This document shows, one piece after another, positions 31,840 to 42,900 of a stretch of DNA of 64,000 nucleotides; the first letter of the stretch is position 1, and each line of letters begins with the position of its first letter. The position numbers and the translations under genes are program-made. The notes under the pieces were generated by a model, which worked only from the letters and a program-made list of their open reading frames with translations, was not told the origin of the DNA and made no database searches. Origin of the DNA: Verrucomicrobiota bacterium (lineage in GTDB: Bacteria > Verrucomicrobiota > Verrucomicrobiia > Limisphaerales > UBA11358); NCBI GenBank assembly GCA_050010675.1, contig JBEKKN010000002.1, positions 14,277 to 78,276 on the forward strand, given 5' to 3'.

Positions 31840-33108
31840 ATGGCCTACAAAGACGTGACGCCGCCTGCGGGCGGAAAGATTTCAATTCAGAACGGCAAGC
31901 TCAGCGTGCCGGAAAACCCCATTCTGCCGTTCATCCGCGGCGACGGCACCGGCCCGGACATTTGGGCGGCCAGCGTGCGCGTGTTCGACGCCGCCGTGCA
32001 GAAGGCCTATGGCGGCAAACGCAAGATTTCCTGGTTTGAAGTGTTCGCCGGCGAGGCGGCCAAGCACAAATTCGATAACTGGCTGCCGGACGACACGGTG
32101 GAGGCGTTCAAGGAATATCTGGTGGGCATCAAAGGCCCGCTCACCACGCCCGTCGGCGGCGGCATCCGCTCACTGAATGTCGCACTCCGCCAAATGCTCG
32201 ACCTCTACGTCTGCCTGCGCCCGGTGCAATGGTTCACCGGCGTCCCGTCGCCCGTGAAGCATCCGGAGAAGGTGAACATGGTCATCTTCCGCGAGAACAC
32301 CGAGGACATTTACGCGGGCATTGATTTTGAGGCGGGCAAGGAAGCCGCGCTCAAGACCCTGGAATTTCTAAAAACGAATTACCCGAAGGACTTCAAAAAG
32401 ATCCGGTTTGGCGCGGAAACGCCGGATCTGGTCGGCATCGGCATCAAGCCCGTGTCGAAGACCGGCACCCAGCGTCTGGTGCGGTCGGCCATCCAATATG
32501 CCATCGCGCAGAAGCAGAAGTCAGTGACGATTGTCCACAAGGGCAACATCATGAAATACACCGAAGGCGCGTTCCGGGATTGGAGTTATGAGCTGGCAAA
32601 AAGCGAATTCGGCGCGGTGGAGATTGACGGAGGGCCGTGGTGCAAGATTCCCGAAGGCAAACCCGGTGCGGGCCTGGTCATCAAGGACGCCATTGCCGAT
32701 ATCGTGCTGCAACAGGTGCTGACGCGCCCGACGGACTTCGACGTCATCGCCACGCTGAACCTGAACGGCGATTACCTGAGCGACGCGCTGGCAGCGCAGG
32801 TCGGCGGCATCGGCATCGCGCCTGGCGGCAACATCAATTACATCAGTGGCCACGCCATTTTTGAGGCGACGCACGGCACTGCGCCGAAATACGCGAACAA
32901 GGACGTGGTGAATCCGGGCTCGGTGGTGTTAAGCGGCGAGATGATGTTCCGTTACCTGGGCTGGACGGAAGCCGCGGACTTGATTTTGAAAGGCTTGAAC
33001 GGCGCGATCGGCAGCAAGCGCGTCACCTACGATTTCGCGCGCCAGATGGAAGGCGCAACGGAAATCAAATGCTCGCAGTTTGGCGATAATATCATCGCGC
33101 ACATGTAG
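31840..33108 (+). CDS. icd: NADP-dependent isocitrate dehydrogenase
   Basis: Motifs [40 protein letters not shown] and HGTAPKYA. Confidence 0.95.
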   Translation: MAYKDVTPPAGGKISIQNGKLSVPENPILPFIRGDGTGPDIWAASVRVFDAAVQKAYGGKRKISWFEVFAGEAAKHKFDNWLPDDTVEAFKEYLVGIKGPLTTPVGGGIRSLNVALRQMLDLYVCLRPVQWFTGVPSPVKHPEKVNMVIFRENTEDIYAGIDFEAGKEAALKTLEFLKTNYPKDFKKIRFGAETPDLVGIGIKPVSKTGTQRLVRSAIQYAIAQKQKSVTIVHKGNIMKYTEGAFRDWSYELAKSEFGAVEIDGGPWCKIPEGKPGAGLVIKDAIADIVLQQVLTRPTDFDVIATLNLNGDYLSDALAAQVGGIGIAPGGNINYISGHAIFEATHGTAPKYANKDVVNPGSVVLSGEMMFRYLGWTEAADLILKGLNGAIGSKRVTYDFARQMEGATEIKCSQFGDNIIAHM

Positions 33109-33129
33109 CGCCTTTGACTGGGAGACCGG

Positions 33130-33672
33130 TTATTGCGCGGTTGAATTGTTGTTCCCGGATTGGAGCTTCTCCACCTGCTTCACCAAATCGTTGTATTTGC
33201 TGACGATGTCGTTCCGGTCTTTTACTTCGTCATTGTATTTCTGCACCAGGTCGTTGCGCTGGGCGACCAGGTTGGAGATGGTTCCGTTCTGCCGGTCGAG
33301 GCCGGCATAGGCGTCCTTCAGCTTTGCTTCCAATGCGTCCACGCCGGCCTGGTATTGGGCAATCTCGTTGGTGGCATTTTCGTTGGCGAATTTCAGCTGC
33401 CCGATTTCGGTTTTTTGCGAAATGATCAGTTGCTCATTCGTCGCCGCGACGGCCTTCATTTCGGTAAGGCTTGCGTCCATTTGATCCACCTGATGATTCA
33501 GCGTGGCGAGCGAGTTGGTGTCGGCCTGGATGGCGGCATCGCGGTCATAAACCATCCGGTTGAGGGTCTGGATTTCGGTACGCTGGACGGTTTGTTCATA
33601 CCATTGCCACGCGCAAAGGCCGCAGAGGCCGATGGCGAGAACAATAAACAGGTTCACTTGAAGGTTTTTCAT
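33130..33672 (-). CDS. Membrane-anchored coiled-coil protein (last gene of the Ton cluster)
   Basis: N-terminal TM helix FIVLAIGLCGLCAWQW followed by heptad-rich Q/N/E/K sequence. There is a 4-nt overlap with the upstream exbD. Confidence 0.5.
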   Translation of the reverse strand: MKNLQVNLFIVLAIGLCGLCAWQWYEQTVQRTEIQTLNRMVYDRDAAIQADTNSLATLNHQVDQMDASLTEMKAVAATNEQLIISQKTEIGQLKFANENATNEIAQYQAGVDALEAKLKDAYAGLDRQNGTISNLVAQRNDLVQKYNDEVKDRNDIVSKYNDLVKQVEKLQSGNNNSTAQ

Positions 33673-34094
33673 GGCGTTGGGTGGTTGGGTGCCGCCTGGA
33701 CGGCGATAGCGACGTGCTGGATGCCGGCACGTTTCACCAGATCGAGCACGAACATCACCGAGCCGTGCGTGGCATCCTGCGCGCCGGTGATATAAACCGG
33801 CAGGTTGGTGTTCAGGCTGTAACGGTTGGTGAGCAGCGTGAACAATTCCGGGAAGGCGATGGGCTTCTCGTCTACGGAAACCTGGCCATCCGGGTTCACG
33901 GTCAGGTTCACGATGTCGGGCTTCTTCGTGGGGATGGCGAGCGTGGCGGTGGGCAGATTGGACTTGAGCGTGCGGACAATCTGCATCTGCAACGTGACCA
34001 TCATGAATGACGCCAGCAGGAAAAACATGATGTCAATGAGCGGGATGATTTCCAGTCGCGACTTTTTTTCCGGGATGGGCGTGCGGATTTTCAT
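33669..34094 (-). CDS. exbD: ExbD/TolR family biopolymer transport protein
   Basis: 141 aa with LEIIPLIDIMFFLLASFM and a periplasmic domain. Confidence 0.8.
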   Translation of the reverse strand: MKIRTPIPEKKSRLEIIPLIDIMFFLLASFMMVTLQMQIVRTLKSNLPTATLAIPTKKPDIVNLTVNPDGQVSVDEKPIAFPELFTLLTNRYSLNTNLPVYITGAQDATHGSVMFVLDLVKRAGIQHVAIAVQAAPNHPTP

Positions 34095-34102
34095 TTCATT
34101 TT

Positions 34103-34225
34103 AACCACGGATAAACACGGATGGACACGGATGCAAAAATGTTTGGCGCGAATTGCGCGAATTTTCATTAATTGAATTCGCGTTAATTCGTGAAATTCGT
34201 GTTTATCTGTGTTCATTCGTGGTTT
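34103..34225. repeat. Long imperfect hairpin of approx. 10-nt words (cacggat / gcgcgaatt types) between the two exbD genes
   Basis: Left arm aaccacggataaacacggatggacacggatg...gcgcgaattgcgcgaatt. Right arm aattcgcgttaattcgtgaaattcgtgtttatctgtgttcattcgtggttt. It belongs to the same word family as 57438-57528. Confidence 0.8.
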
Positions 34226-34229
34226 GCTT

Positions 34230-34655
34230 TCAATTGGCGTTTTTACTGTCGGTCATGAACGCAACCTTCTGGATGCCGACCGCGCGGACGGTTTGATACA
34301 CCTTCACCATGTCGCCGTGCCGCGTATCGCGGTCGCCGCTGATATAAACCGGGAGATCGGGATTGGCATGGAATCGGCCCTTCAACACCGAGGCAAGGTC
34401 CGGCAGCGAAATCTGCTTTTTCTCCAGCCAGACGGCGCCGGTTTTGTCCACGGCGATGTCGACCATGTCCGGCCGGTAATCCTGCTTTGACTGCGCGGCG
34501 GACGGCAAATTGACCTTGATGTTCTCGGACTTGCTCATCTCCAGGGCCAACATCATGAACGACGCGAGCAGGAAGAACATGATGTCAATCAACGGAATGA
34601 TGACAATCCGCGAGCGGCGTCGGGGAATGGGCGAGGGAATTTTCATCGGCAACAA
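34230..34655 (-). CDS. exbD: ExbD/TolR family biopolymer transport protein
   Basis: 141 aa with IVIIPLIDIMFFLLASFM. It is a paralogue of the downstream exbD gene. Confidence 0.8.
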   Translation of the reverse strand: MLPMKIPSPIPRRRSRIVIIPLIDIMFFLLASFMMLALEMSKSENIKVNLPSAAQSKQDYRPDMVDIAVDKTGAVWLEKKQISLPDLASVLKGRFHANPDLPVYISGDRDTRHGDMVKVYQTVRAVGIQKVAFMTDSKNAN

Positions 34656-34657
34656 TT

Positions 34658-35335
34658 TTAGTGACTCGTGGCCTGGCCCGGCGATTCCGGCTTACGCAGA
34701 TGGACGGTGTCGCCCGTTTTTCCGGCACCGACCAGGACTTCGACATTCGTCGCCGCCGTTTCCAGGTCGAATTGCAACTGCGTCACCCGGGCGGAAAAGT
34801 AATTGAACGGAACCAGCGAGAAGATGGCGATGGCCAGTCCGCAAGCCGTGGCAATCAGCGCCTCGCCGATGCCGCCGGTGACGCCCACGACGGATATTTC
34901 CGCGCTGCCGATGTTCAGAAAGGCACGCATGAGGCCGGTGACGGTGCCGAGCAGACCGAGCAATGGCGCCAGCGTGACAAGCGTGTCCATGACGGTGAGG
35001 AAGCGACCGGCGCGCTTCAATTCGATGCCCGCGGCCAATTGCAGCGCACCGATCAACGAACCATGCGCGTGGCCGATGTGGTTCAGACCGTGATGAATCA
35101 CGCGGATGATGGGGTCGTCCGAGCCGGCGGCGATTTGCCGGGCGGCGGGCACGTCGGAATTTTCCAGCGCCGCCAGCAATTGCTCCATTTTTTGAGGGTC
35201 CCGCTTCTGGCTTTCGCGCCACCACCAGAAGGCGCGTTCGCCGACGACGGCGACGGCGACGATGGCGCTGACCAGAATCGGCCACATGACCGGGCCGCCT
35301 TTGAGAAAGAATTGGAGAACGATGTTTGCGAGCAT
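34658..35335 (-). CDS. exbB: MotA/TolQ/ExbB proton-channel family protein
   Basis: Three TM helices and the motif LGLLGTVTGLMRAF...GGIGEALIATACGL. Confidence 0.85.
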   Translation of the reverse strand: MLANIVLQFFLKGGPVMWPILVSAIVAVAVVGERAFWWWRESQKRDPQKMEQLLAALENSDVPAARQIAAGSDDPIIRVIHHGLNHIGHAHGSLIGALQLAAGIELKRAGRFLTVMDTLVTLAPLLGLLGTVTGLMRAFLNIGSAEISVVGVTGGIGEALIATACGLAIAIFSLVPFNYFSARVTQLQFDLETAATNVEVLVGAGKTGDTVHLRKPESPGQATSH

Positions 35336-35350
35336 AATATTCGTTTGGTT

Positions 35351-36022
35351 TCAGTTGAGTTGCAGTTGGTAGGTGATGCTGGTCTGGAAAAGCCGCGTAC
35401 CCGAGTCGGTTGGCAGCCGCCAATGATGTTTGATAAAATCCACCGTCGCCCGGTCGAGGACGGGAAAACCGGACGATTCCTTCACGACCACGGAAATGAC
35501 ATTGCCTTCGTCGTCGCCGCTCAACACCAGAACGACCGTGCCTTGCTCGCCCGTTTGCAAGGCAATGGGAGGATACGGCGGTTCGGGCCGTTCACCGCCC
35601 GCGCCGGTGTTGGAGAGCGAACCGATATGCAGCGCGGCCACCTGCGGTGCGGAGGCAAGCGCGGCGTCTGTGACCAGCGTGCCAGCGGTCGGAACTCCGA
35701 AATTGACGTTCGGCGCATTCGGCAAGGCGACGAGGACACGGGGCTGGTTGCTTGGTTGTGCCTGCTCCGGTTTGGGGGCAACGGCCTGTGGCGGCAACAC
35801 CGCGGGCTGGACAACAACGGGCACCTCTTCCCGGACGGGCGGGACCGGCTTGATGGCAATGACGCCCTGCCGCGCGCCGAGAATGCCAATCAGCAGGAAA
35901 AGGATGCAAATCGAATTCACCCAGGCGAGTTTGCGTTCCGGCTCGCGGCTGCCCATGGACAGGCACAGCCGCGCCAGTTCATCCTTCAACTCGTAACCGG
36001 GCGCTGTTCGATTTGCATCCAT
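35351..36022 (-). CDS. tonB: Energy transducer TonB family protein
   Basis: N-terminal TM helix, Pro-rich spacer and C-terminal PPYPPIALQTGEQGTVVLVL...VKESSGFPVLD. Confidence 0.75.
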   Translation of the reverse strand: MDANRTAPGYELKDELARLCLSMGSREPERKLAWVNSICILFLLIGILGARQGVIAIKPVPPVREEVPVVVQPAVLPPQAVAPKPEQAQPSNQPRVLVALPNAPNVNFGVPTAGTLVTDAALASAPQVAALHIGSLSNTGAGGERPEPPYPPIALQTGEQGTVVLVLSGDDEGNVISVVVKESSGFPVLDRATVDFIKHHWRLPTDSGTRLFQTSITYQLQLN

Positions 36023-36047
36023 GTGGGTTATCGGTTAGTCGATTTGT

Positions 36048-38327
36048 TCAGAATGTCAAACTCAGCGAGCCGAAAAAGCCGAGCCGCTCGCCGTATTGCG
36101 CGGCGTTGACGCCGACGCCGGAACCGCTGCGGAGCTGGTAGATGTTGTCCGTAAGGTTGACGACATCAAGCCGCGCCACCAATGTCTGGTCGTGGGGCAG
36201 TTTGAAACTCTGCGCCGCACCGAGGTTGATGGAATAATACGCCGGCACACTGGCGCCGTTGGGAACCGGGTCACCCGCGGGATCGATTGTTCCGCCACCA
36301 TCCTGCCGCAATCCGCTGCCATAGATCGCGTCGGTATAGAGCTGCGTACCGTAGTGGATGCCTTCATGCCATGTGTAGGATATGCCGAACGAGCCGGTCA
36401 CCCGTTGGTCGTGGTCGAGATATATCCAATGATTTTGCACATAAGCCAGAGCATTTGGATCAAACAGGAACTGCGCCGATTCCCAGTCCTTGCCCTGCGC
36501 CGCCGACCAGGCGAGGTTGGCGTAGGCGGAAAAGCCACCTTGATTGTACGAGCCGGTGAATTCCACGCCATAAATCCGACCTTTGGCATAATTGAACGCC
36601 GAAAGGACGAGCGATTGCCCGAACAAGCCGTCATCCAACTGATGACGAGCGGTTTTGTAATAGCCGTCCACGCCCACTTGCAGGTGGGATGTGATTTTCT
36701 GGCTGATGCCGGCGTCGAAATAATTTGCGCGCTCGGCTTGGACCGGACTGTCCTGCGTAACCTGGGGAGTGTTGGAGTTGGGAACGGCGGTGAACGCGGC
36801 AACGCTGCTCGCGGGGACGTTTTCCAATGGCGGCGGCGTGAAGTAACGCGCGTAACCGGCGTGCAGCGTCGTCCAGTCCGTCGGCTGATAAATCACGTTC
36901 ACGCGCGGACTCGGCTGATTGGCTTTGAGGAAGGAGGAATAATATTGGTCAAAGCGCGCGCCGTAATTGATGGTCACTTCCGGCAGGATTTTCCATTCAT
37001 CCTGTAGATACGCCCCGGCAAACAAACCATGAAGCACTGCATTGTCGGGGATGGGAAATGCAGGACCGGTTGGATTGCCGGCACCGTCCACGGGAAACAC
37101 TGTCGTGGTTGAATCGGCTGAAACGTATTCGTCCAGCAAAAGAACGCCGCCGCGGATGGTGTGTTTGTCGCCAAGGGCATAACTGGCATCAGCCTGCAAT
37201 CCGCCGGAGTAGAGATCGCGGGCCACATCACTGGCCACGCCATTGAAGTAAAGGTCGCCCATCGGGTCCGGCGTGAAATGCACGCCACTGTTGCGGCCGA
37301 AAACGGAGGCTTGAAAATTCAAATCGCCCGCCGATTTCTGGTAGGTAACCACGCCGTAGTAGTTTTGTTCGTTTTGATTTTCATTTAGGTCAACGGAATT
37401 GAAACTGGTCGCCGACTGGCCTGGCATTTGTGTGTACCATGGAACAGCCGTGGGATTGTCTGTCGTTGGGGTATTGCCTGGAACCGCACCCGGCGTGTTG
37501 GGCACCTGAAAGTCGCTATCAGATGCACTGCCCATCACCGTAACCCGGCTCGTGTCGCTCAAAATGCGCGAGGCATAGAGGAACGATTTGTACTGGTCCG
37601 TCTGGTCGTGGATCGCGTTTTTGCTGCCGGTTGGATTTTCAATGCCGAGGCTGTTCTGGTCGAAACTGCCGTCCACAAAGTAATCCCATTTCCCCTGCGA
37701 CCCGCCGTATTCAAAGCTCGGCCGGAAGGTGTCGTAGCTGCCGCCATATATTCCCATCTGGCCGCCGTTTTCAAACGCACCGCTTTTGGTGTGAATATCC
37801 ACGACGCCGGCGGTGCGGAAGCCGTAGGCCGCTGGTAATGCGCCGGTGATGAGTTCCATGGAATCCACGAACCGCGGGTCCAATTCCAACCCGAACCCGG
37901 TAATGCCTTCCGGCAACAGCACGTCGTTGATGCGGTATTGCAGGTTTGCGTGCTCGCCACGCACGTGCAAGTCGCCATTCACCGCCGAATCCTGCGCCAC
38001 GCCCGGCGCGCGCAGGATGACCTCATTAAATGGCGCATTGGCGCCCTGGGACAGGGTTTGGATTTGTTCCTTGGTGAAGGTATGGGCCGTTGCGCCCAGG
38101 TCGGGAATGATTTGATCCCGTGCCTTGTCCAATTTGCCAATGACAGTGATGTTGCCGAGATTGGCAACATTCGTCGAATTGTCTGACACGCCGGCATTGG
38201 CCGCCGACACCGCGTTGGTCTGGGCCCAAGCTGTCCCGCCACCGGACAGGGCCACCGAAGAGATGACCGCCCAATAAACTCCACCCTTTCTACGCTTCAA
38301 CATTTTCTGCTCTCCAAAAATTTTCAT
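36048..38327 (-). CDS. TonB-dependent outer-membrane receptor
   Basis: Plug-domain motifs (VILRAPGV, GDLHVRGE), a long beta-barrel and a terminal ...SLSLTF aromatic residue. Confidence 0.85.
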   Translation of the reverse strand: MKIFGEQKMLKRRKGGVYWAVISSVALSGGGTAWAQTNAVSAANAGVSDNSTNVANLGNITVIGKLDKARDQIIPDLGATAHTFTKEQIQTLSQGANAPFNEVILRAPGVAQDSAVNGDLHVRGEHANLQYRINDVLLPEGITGFGLELDPRFVDSMELITGALPAAYGFRTAGVVDIHTKSGAFENGGQMGIYGGSYDTFRPSFEYGGSQGKWDYFVDGSFDQNSLGIENPTGSKNAIHDQTDQYKSFLYASRILSDTSRVTVMGSASDSDFQVPNTPGAVPGNTPTTDNPTAVPWYTQMPGQSATSFNSVDLNENQNEQNYYGVVTYQKSAGDLNFQASVFGRNSGVHFTPDPMGDLYFNGVASDVARDLYSGGLQADASYALGDKHTIRGGVLLLDEYVSADSTTTVFPVDGAGNPTGPAFPIPDNAVLHGLFAGAYLQDEWKILPEVTINYGARFDQYYSSFLKANQPSPRVNVIYQPTDWTTLHAGYARYFTPPPLENVPASSVAAFTAVPNSNTPQVTQDSPVQAERANYFDAGISQKITSHLQVGVDGYYKTARHQLDDGLFGQSLVLSAFNYAKGRIYGVEFTGSYNQGGFSAYANLAWSAAQGKDWESAQFLFDPNALAYVQNHWIYLDHDQRVTGSFGISYTWHEGIHYGTQLYTDAIYGSGLRQDGGGTIDPAGDPVPNGASVPAYYSINLGAAQSFKLPHDQTLVARLDVVNLTDNIYQLRSGSGVGVNAAQYGERLGFFGSLSLTF

Positions 38328-38473
38328 ATATTCAATGGGTTAAAATTTTCAAAACACTTCCGCGAATCTCCACGGACCCGCGCTTTGCGAAATGCCACAC
38401 GGCACCGCACAAAGATTTGGTTTAAGGAACACCTTCAGACCCGCCGATGGCCAAAGTCTGAATCCGACGGGAA

Positions 38474-38800
38474 TTAAGAAACGGAACGGAGAGCGGGCGG
38501 GGCGCGGCCCTGGGGAAGATTTTCAATGGCCGGACTGAAAACAGAAATGGTAAAATGCCGGTCGGATTCAACCGAAGCCGTCGGCGGGGGAATGATGATA
38601 TCGCAAACAGCCGAATCCATTTTCCCCGCAGCGAGCATCGTGACCGCGCAATCGTGATCCTCCTTGCCCGCGTCGTGGTGAATCATTTCGTGCAGCGCGG
38701 GGCACGCGGCCATCGCGTCCAACAACAAGACGATGCCCACCAGCAAGGCGGCCAGGGCCGGTTTGCCGAGCGGAACAATATGGCTCTTTACGTATTGCAA
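38474..38800 (-). CDS. Small membrane-anchored His/Cys-rich protein (possible metal-binding accessory protein)
   Basis: One TM helix, then CPALHEMIHHDAGKEDHDCAV. It has a TTG start and lies between the ZIP and receptor genes. Confidence 0.4.
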   Translation of the reverse strand: MQYVKSHIVPLGKPALAALLVGIVLLLDAMAACPALHEMIHHDAGKEDHDCAVTMLAAGKMDSAVCDIIIPPPTASVESDRHFTISVFSPAIENLPQGRAPPALRSVS

Positions 38801-38811
38801 ATCATTCGCAA
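38795..38811. promoter_or_regulatory. 8-1-8 palindrome ttgcaaat-c-attcgcaa (candidate Fur/Zur-family operator)
   Basis: The palindrome overlaps the start of the small His/Cys ORF and lies upstream of the receptor gene. 7 of 8 arm positions are complementary, with an AATCATT core. Confidence 0.3.
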
Positions 38812-38890
38812 ATTAGCAGGCAACGTGCCATTGACAAGCGATTTTTGAAGACACCGTATTCCTGGCCCGCCGCCACAGGAAACGCGGCTT

Positions 38891-39802
38891 TTATGGGATT
38901 CCATTAGTTTGTTGGGCGGCTGGAGAGATGGAGGTCGGCGCCGGTTGACCCTCCGCTTCGAACTGTTTGATGAGCACCGCGATACTCAAACCCGCCAGCA
39001 GGGCAGCTGATAGTTTGAAACGATCGTGGGAATGAAATTGCAGTTCCGGCAGCAAATCACTGCTGGCGATGCACAGGAACGTGCCGGCGCAGAACGCCAG
39101 CGCCCCGCCGAGGAAGGTCGCATCCGACCCGGCAAAATGACTCGCGCCCAGATAGAACAGAACCGCACCCAGCGGGCTGGCGAGTGCAAACAGCCCGTTT
39201 AACAGGTGCCGGGAGAACCGCGAACTGCCGCCGGCCGTCATCAAGGTGGAGATGGCCAGCGCATCGAACGGTTTGTGGAGAATCACCACCAGGGCCACAC
39301 CCAGGCCCGCCAGTCGGACGTGGTTGTGCGCGCCGGCCTCGACCGCGGCGGCCAGCGCCAGGCCGTCGAGCAGCGAGTGAAAGGTCAAACCGAGTGCCGT
39401 GCCCACCCAGGACAGTTGCTGGGCGGATTTGTCGGCCAGCGTGTGGGCATGATGGGCAGCGTCATGATCATGGTCGTCGGGCGCGAATTGCCCGTGGTCG
39501 CAATCTTCCGGATCGCCTTCCGCCGAATCATGATGATGAAAATGAAAGAACCGCTGCAGGAAGAACATGGCCAGGAACCCGCCGAGCATCCACGCCGCCA
39601 CGCGGTCCAGCGAGTGCAATTGTTCGTTGGCATCCGGCAGGAAATGCAGCAGGGCGATGCCGAGCATGAGGCCGGCCACGAAACTGATGGCCATCTGGAT
39701 GCGCCGGTGGGTGGGACGGATAATCAGCAACAGCCAGCCGCCCGCCAGCGACGCCAGCAATACCAGCAGACAATAGAGGGTCAATAAACAGGCCGGCGTC
39801 AT
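38891..39802 (-). CDS. ZIP family divalent-metal transporter
   Basis: His-rich loop FHFHHHDS...DHDHDAAHHAH, plus HSLLDGLA and HKPFDALA motifs. I chose the ATG at 39802 (MTPACLL...) over the upstream alternative start at 39859. Confidence 0.8.
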   Translation of the reverse strand: MTPACLLTLYCLLVLLASLAGGWLLLIIRPTHRRIQMAISFVAGLMLGIALLHFLPDANEQLHSLDRVAAWMLGGFLAMFFLQRFFHFHHHDSAEGDPEDCDHGQFAPDDHDHDAAHHAHTLADKSAQQLSWVGTALGLTFHSLLDGLALAAAVEAGAHNHVRLAGLGVALVVILHKPFDALAISTLMTAGGSSRFSRHLLNGLFALASPLGAVLFYLGASHFAGSDATFLGGALAFCAGTFLCIASSDLLPELQFHSHDRFKLSAALLAGLSIAVLIKQFEAEGQPAPTSISPAAQQTNGIP

Positions 39803-39902
39803 GGGTTTAATTGCGAATCGTTTGCAATTTAACAAATCGGCGGACAACCGCAAGTCCAATCTGGCAACGCCGCGGGAGGGAGCGCGCCGGGGAGCGGCTG
39901 TC

Positions 39903-42900
39903 CTATTTGCCGCAGCAATGCTTGAACTTCTTCCCGCTACCGCAGGGACAGGGATCGTTGCGGCCCACTTTGGGACCGGTGCGGACGGGCTTCACCTTTT
40001 CCGCGGCCGCCGCCGCCTCGCTGACCACGTCGCTCGGTTTGGTTTGATCCGGATTGGGCGGCTGGCCGAAGGCGCTGGCGGATTGATGCAAGGTCTGTTG
40101 CGGAACGTTCCGCAGGAAATTTTCAAACGCCATCATGGAGGACGCGCTGCGGAAGATGTTGTGGCAAATCTCGCTTTTGACGCTGACCATCAATTCGTCG
40201 AAAATTTTGTAGGCCTCGGCCTTGTATTCAACGAGGGGGTCGCGCTGGCCGTAACCGCGCAGGCCGATGCTGTAACGCAGGCTGTCCATCTCGTAAAGGT
40301 GCTCCTGCCAGAGCTTGTCAATTGCGCTCAGAATCGTGTAGCGCTCAACCACCGCGAGTTTCTCGGGCTGTTCAAAACTGATTTTCACCTCGTACGCCTT
40401 GCGGATGTTGTCGCTGATGAAATTGCAGACGGCGAATTGCGCCGGGCTGAGGCCCGCGAAAATCGAGCCGGGCACGGGCGTTTCCTTGCCGGAATCGGCG
40501 GCCTTGATGATTTCGGCCTCGGGCATGCCCAGCGGAAAATTCAAATTCACCCAGTCGGCCAGTTGCCGCACCTTCCATTCGCCGGGCTCGGTGTCGACAT
40601 CGGTGAATTGCTCGACCTTCAGGATGACGACCTCCTCGAGGATATCCATGAGCCGGTCGCGCACGTCGGCGGCGTTGATGATTTCGTTGCGGAAGCCATA
40701 GATGACCTCGCGCTGCTTGTTCATCACGTCGTCGTATTCGAGCGTGCGTTTGCGGATCTGGAAATTGTGCTGTTCGACGCGCTTTTGCGCCTGCTGGATG
40801 GAGCGGTTCAGGAGCGGATGGGACAATTCCTGGCCCTCCTCGAGGCCCATTTTCTCCATCATTTTCACGATGCGATCGGAACCGAACAGCCGCATCAAAT
40901 CATCCTCGAGCGAAATGAAAAAGTGCGACGAGCCGGGGTCGCCCTGGCGCGAGCAACGACCGCGCAACTGGCGGTCAATGCGCCGCGATTCATGACGTTC
41001 GGTGCCCAGCACATGCAGGCCGCCCACCTCCGTCACGCCCGGTCCCAGCTTGATGTCCGTGCCGCGGCCGGCCATGTTGGTGGCAATCGTGACCGCGCCG
41101 CGCTGGCCCGCGCGCGAGATGATTTCGGCCTCCTGCTCGTGGTATTTCGCGTTGAGGACGGAGTGAATCAAGCCTTCCCGCTTCAACATCCGGGAGAGCA
41201 TTTCGCTGGCCTCCACGCTGACGGTGCCGACGAGAATCGGCCGGCCCAAGGCGTGCAACTCCTTGATTTCCCCAACCACGGCGATGAATTTCTCGCGCCG
41301 GGTTTTATAGACCGAGTCATGCGTGTCCTTGCGGATGTTCGGCTGGTTGGTGGGAATGGTCAGCACCCCGAGCTTGTAAATGTCGAGGAATTCCGTCGCC
41401 TCGGTTTCCGCCGTGCCGGTCATGCCGGCCAGCTTTTTGTAGAGCCGGAAATAATTTTGAATGGTGATGGTCGCCAGCGTCTGGGTTTCGCGCTCAATCT
41501 CGACACCTTCCTTGGCCTCCACGGCCTGGTGCAAGCCGTCGCTCCAGCGGCGGCCGGTCATGAGCCGGCCGGTGTGTTCGTCCACAATGATGACCTTGTT
41601 GGCCTGCACGACGTATTCCACGTCCTTTTGGTAAAGACTGTACGCCTTGAGCAACTGCGAAATGGAGTGGATTTTCTGGGCCTTCGTCTCAAAATCCTGC
41701 TGCAATTTGGTCTTGGCCTCCATGCGTTTGCGCGCATCGGTCTCCGGCCCCGTATCAATTTCGTGCAGCAGCGTCGTCAAATCAGGCAGGACAAAGGCTT
41801 CGGGGTCCTTGGGGCTGACCACATTGCGGCCTTTTTCGGTGAGATCAGCCTCGTGACTCTTTTCATCAATGGCAAACAGCAGCTCCTCTTTTTCCCGGTA
41901 AAGATCCACCTTCTTCTGGTCCCGGTGCAAATCCAGCTCGGCCTGGTTCATCAACCGCAGATTTTCGGGATTTTCCAGCAGTTTGAGCAGACCTTCAGAT
42001 TTTGGCTGCCCGGTTTTGACGCGAAACAGCAGCCGGCCGATTTCACTTTCCAGCGCGGCGCCGTCCGGCACATTGGAACCGTCGGCCGGATTTAATTTCT
42101 TCATCAACGACTCGGCTTCGGACAGAAACCGGCCGCACAGCCGTTCCTGGGCGCGGACGAGCGACTCCACGGTGGATTTCCATTGCGCGTATTGTTCGTC
42201 AAACGTGTGCAGGGACGGACCGCTGATGATGAGCGGCGTCCGGGCCTCGTCGATGAGGATCGAGTCCACTTCGTCCACAATCGCGTAAAAATGCCCGCGC
42301 TGAACCTGATCCTCCTTGCGCACCGCCATGCCATTGTCGCGCAGATAATCGAAACCGAATTCGGCGTTGGTGCCGTAGGCGATGTCGCACTGGTATTGTT
42401 CGCGGCGGACTTGCGGCGTCTGGTCATGCAGGATGCAGCCGACGGAGAGGCCGAGAAATTTGTAAATCGCGCCCATCCATTCCGAGTCGCGCGCCGCCAG
42501 ATAATCGTTCACCGTCACCACATGCACACCGCGGCCGGTGAGCGCATTGAGATAGATCGGCATGGTGGCAACGAGCGTCTTGCCTTCACCGGTAGCCATT
42601 TCGGCAATTTTCCCACGGTGCAAGGCCATCCCGCCGATGAGTTGCACATCAAACGGAATCATCTCCCAAATGACCGGACGTCCGCGCACGACCACTTCCG
42701 CCTTCCGCTCGGTCAGGCGGCGACAGGCGTTTTTAACCACGGCAAAGGCTTCGGGCAAAATTTCATCGAGGGCGCCAGCCAGCTCCTTCCGGTCCTGAAT
42801 TTGCGCCAGGCGCGCCTTCCAGTCGGCGGTTTTTTGACGGAGTTCGTCGTCGGAGAGTTTCTGGAGTCCGGCCTCAAGCTCGTTGATGCGGCGGACGACC

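Noticed and set aside
39801-42095. 764-aa + strand ORF
   Set aside because: It lies entirely antisense to secA, which has unambiguous motifs. The + strand product is Arg/Ala/Gly/Leu-rich low-complexity sequence, typical of open antisense frames in high-GC DNA.
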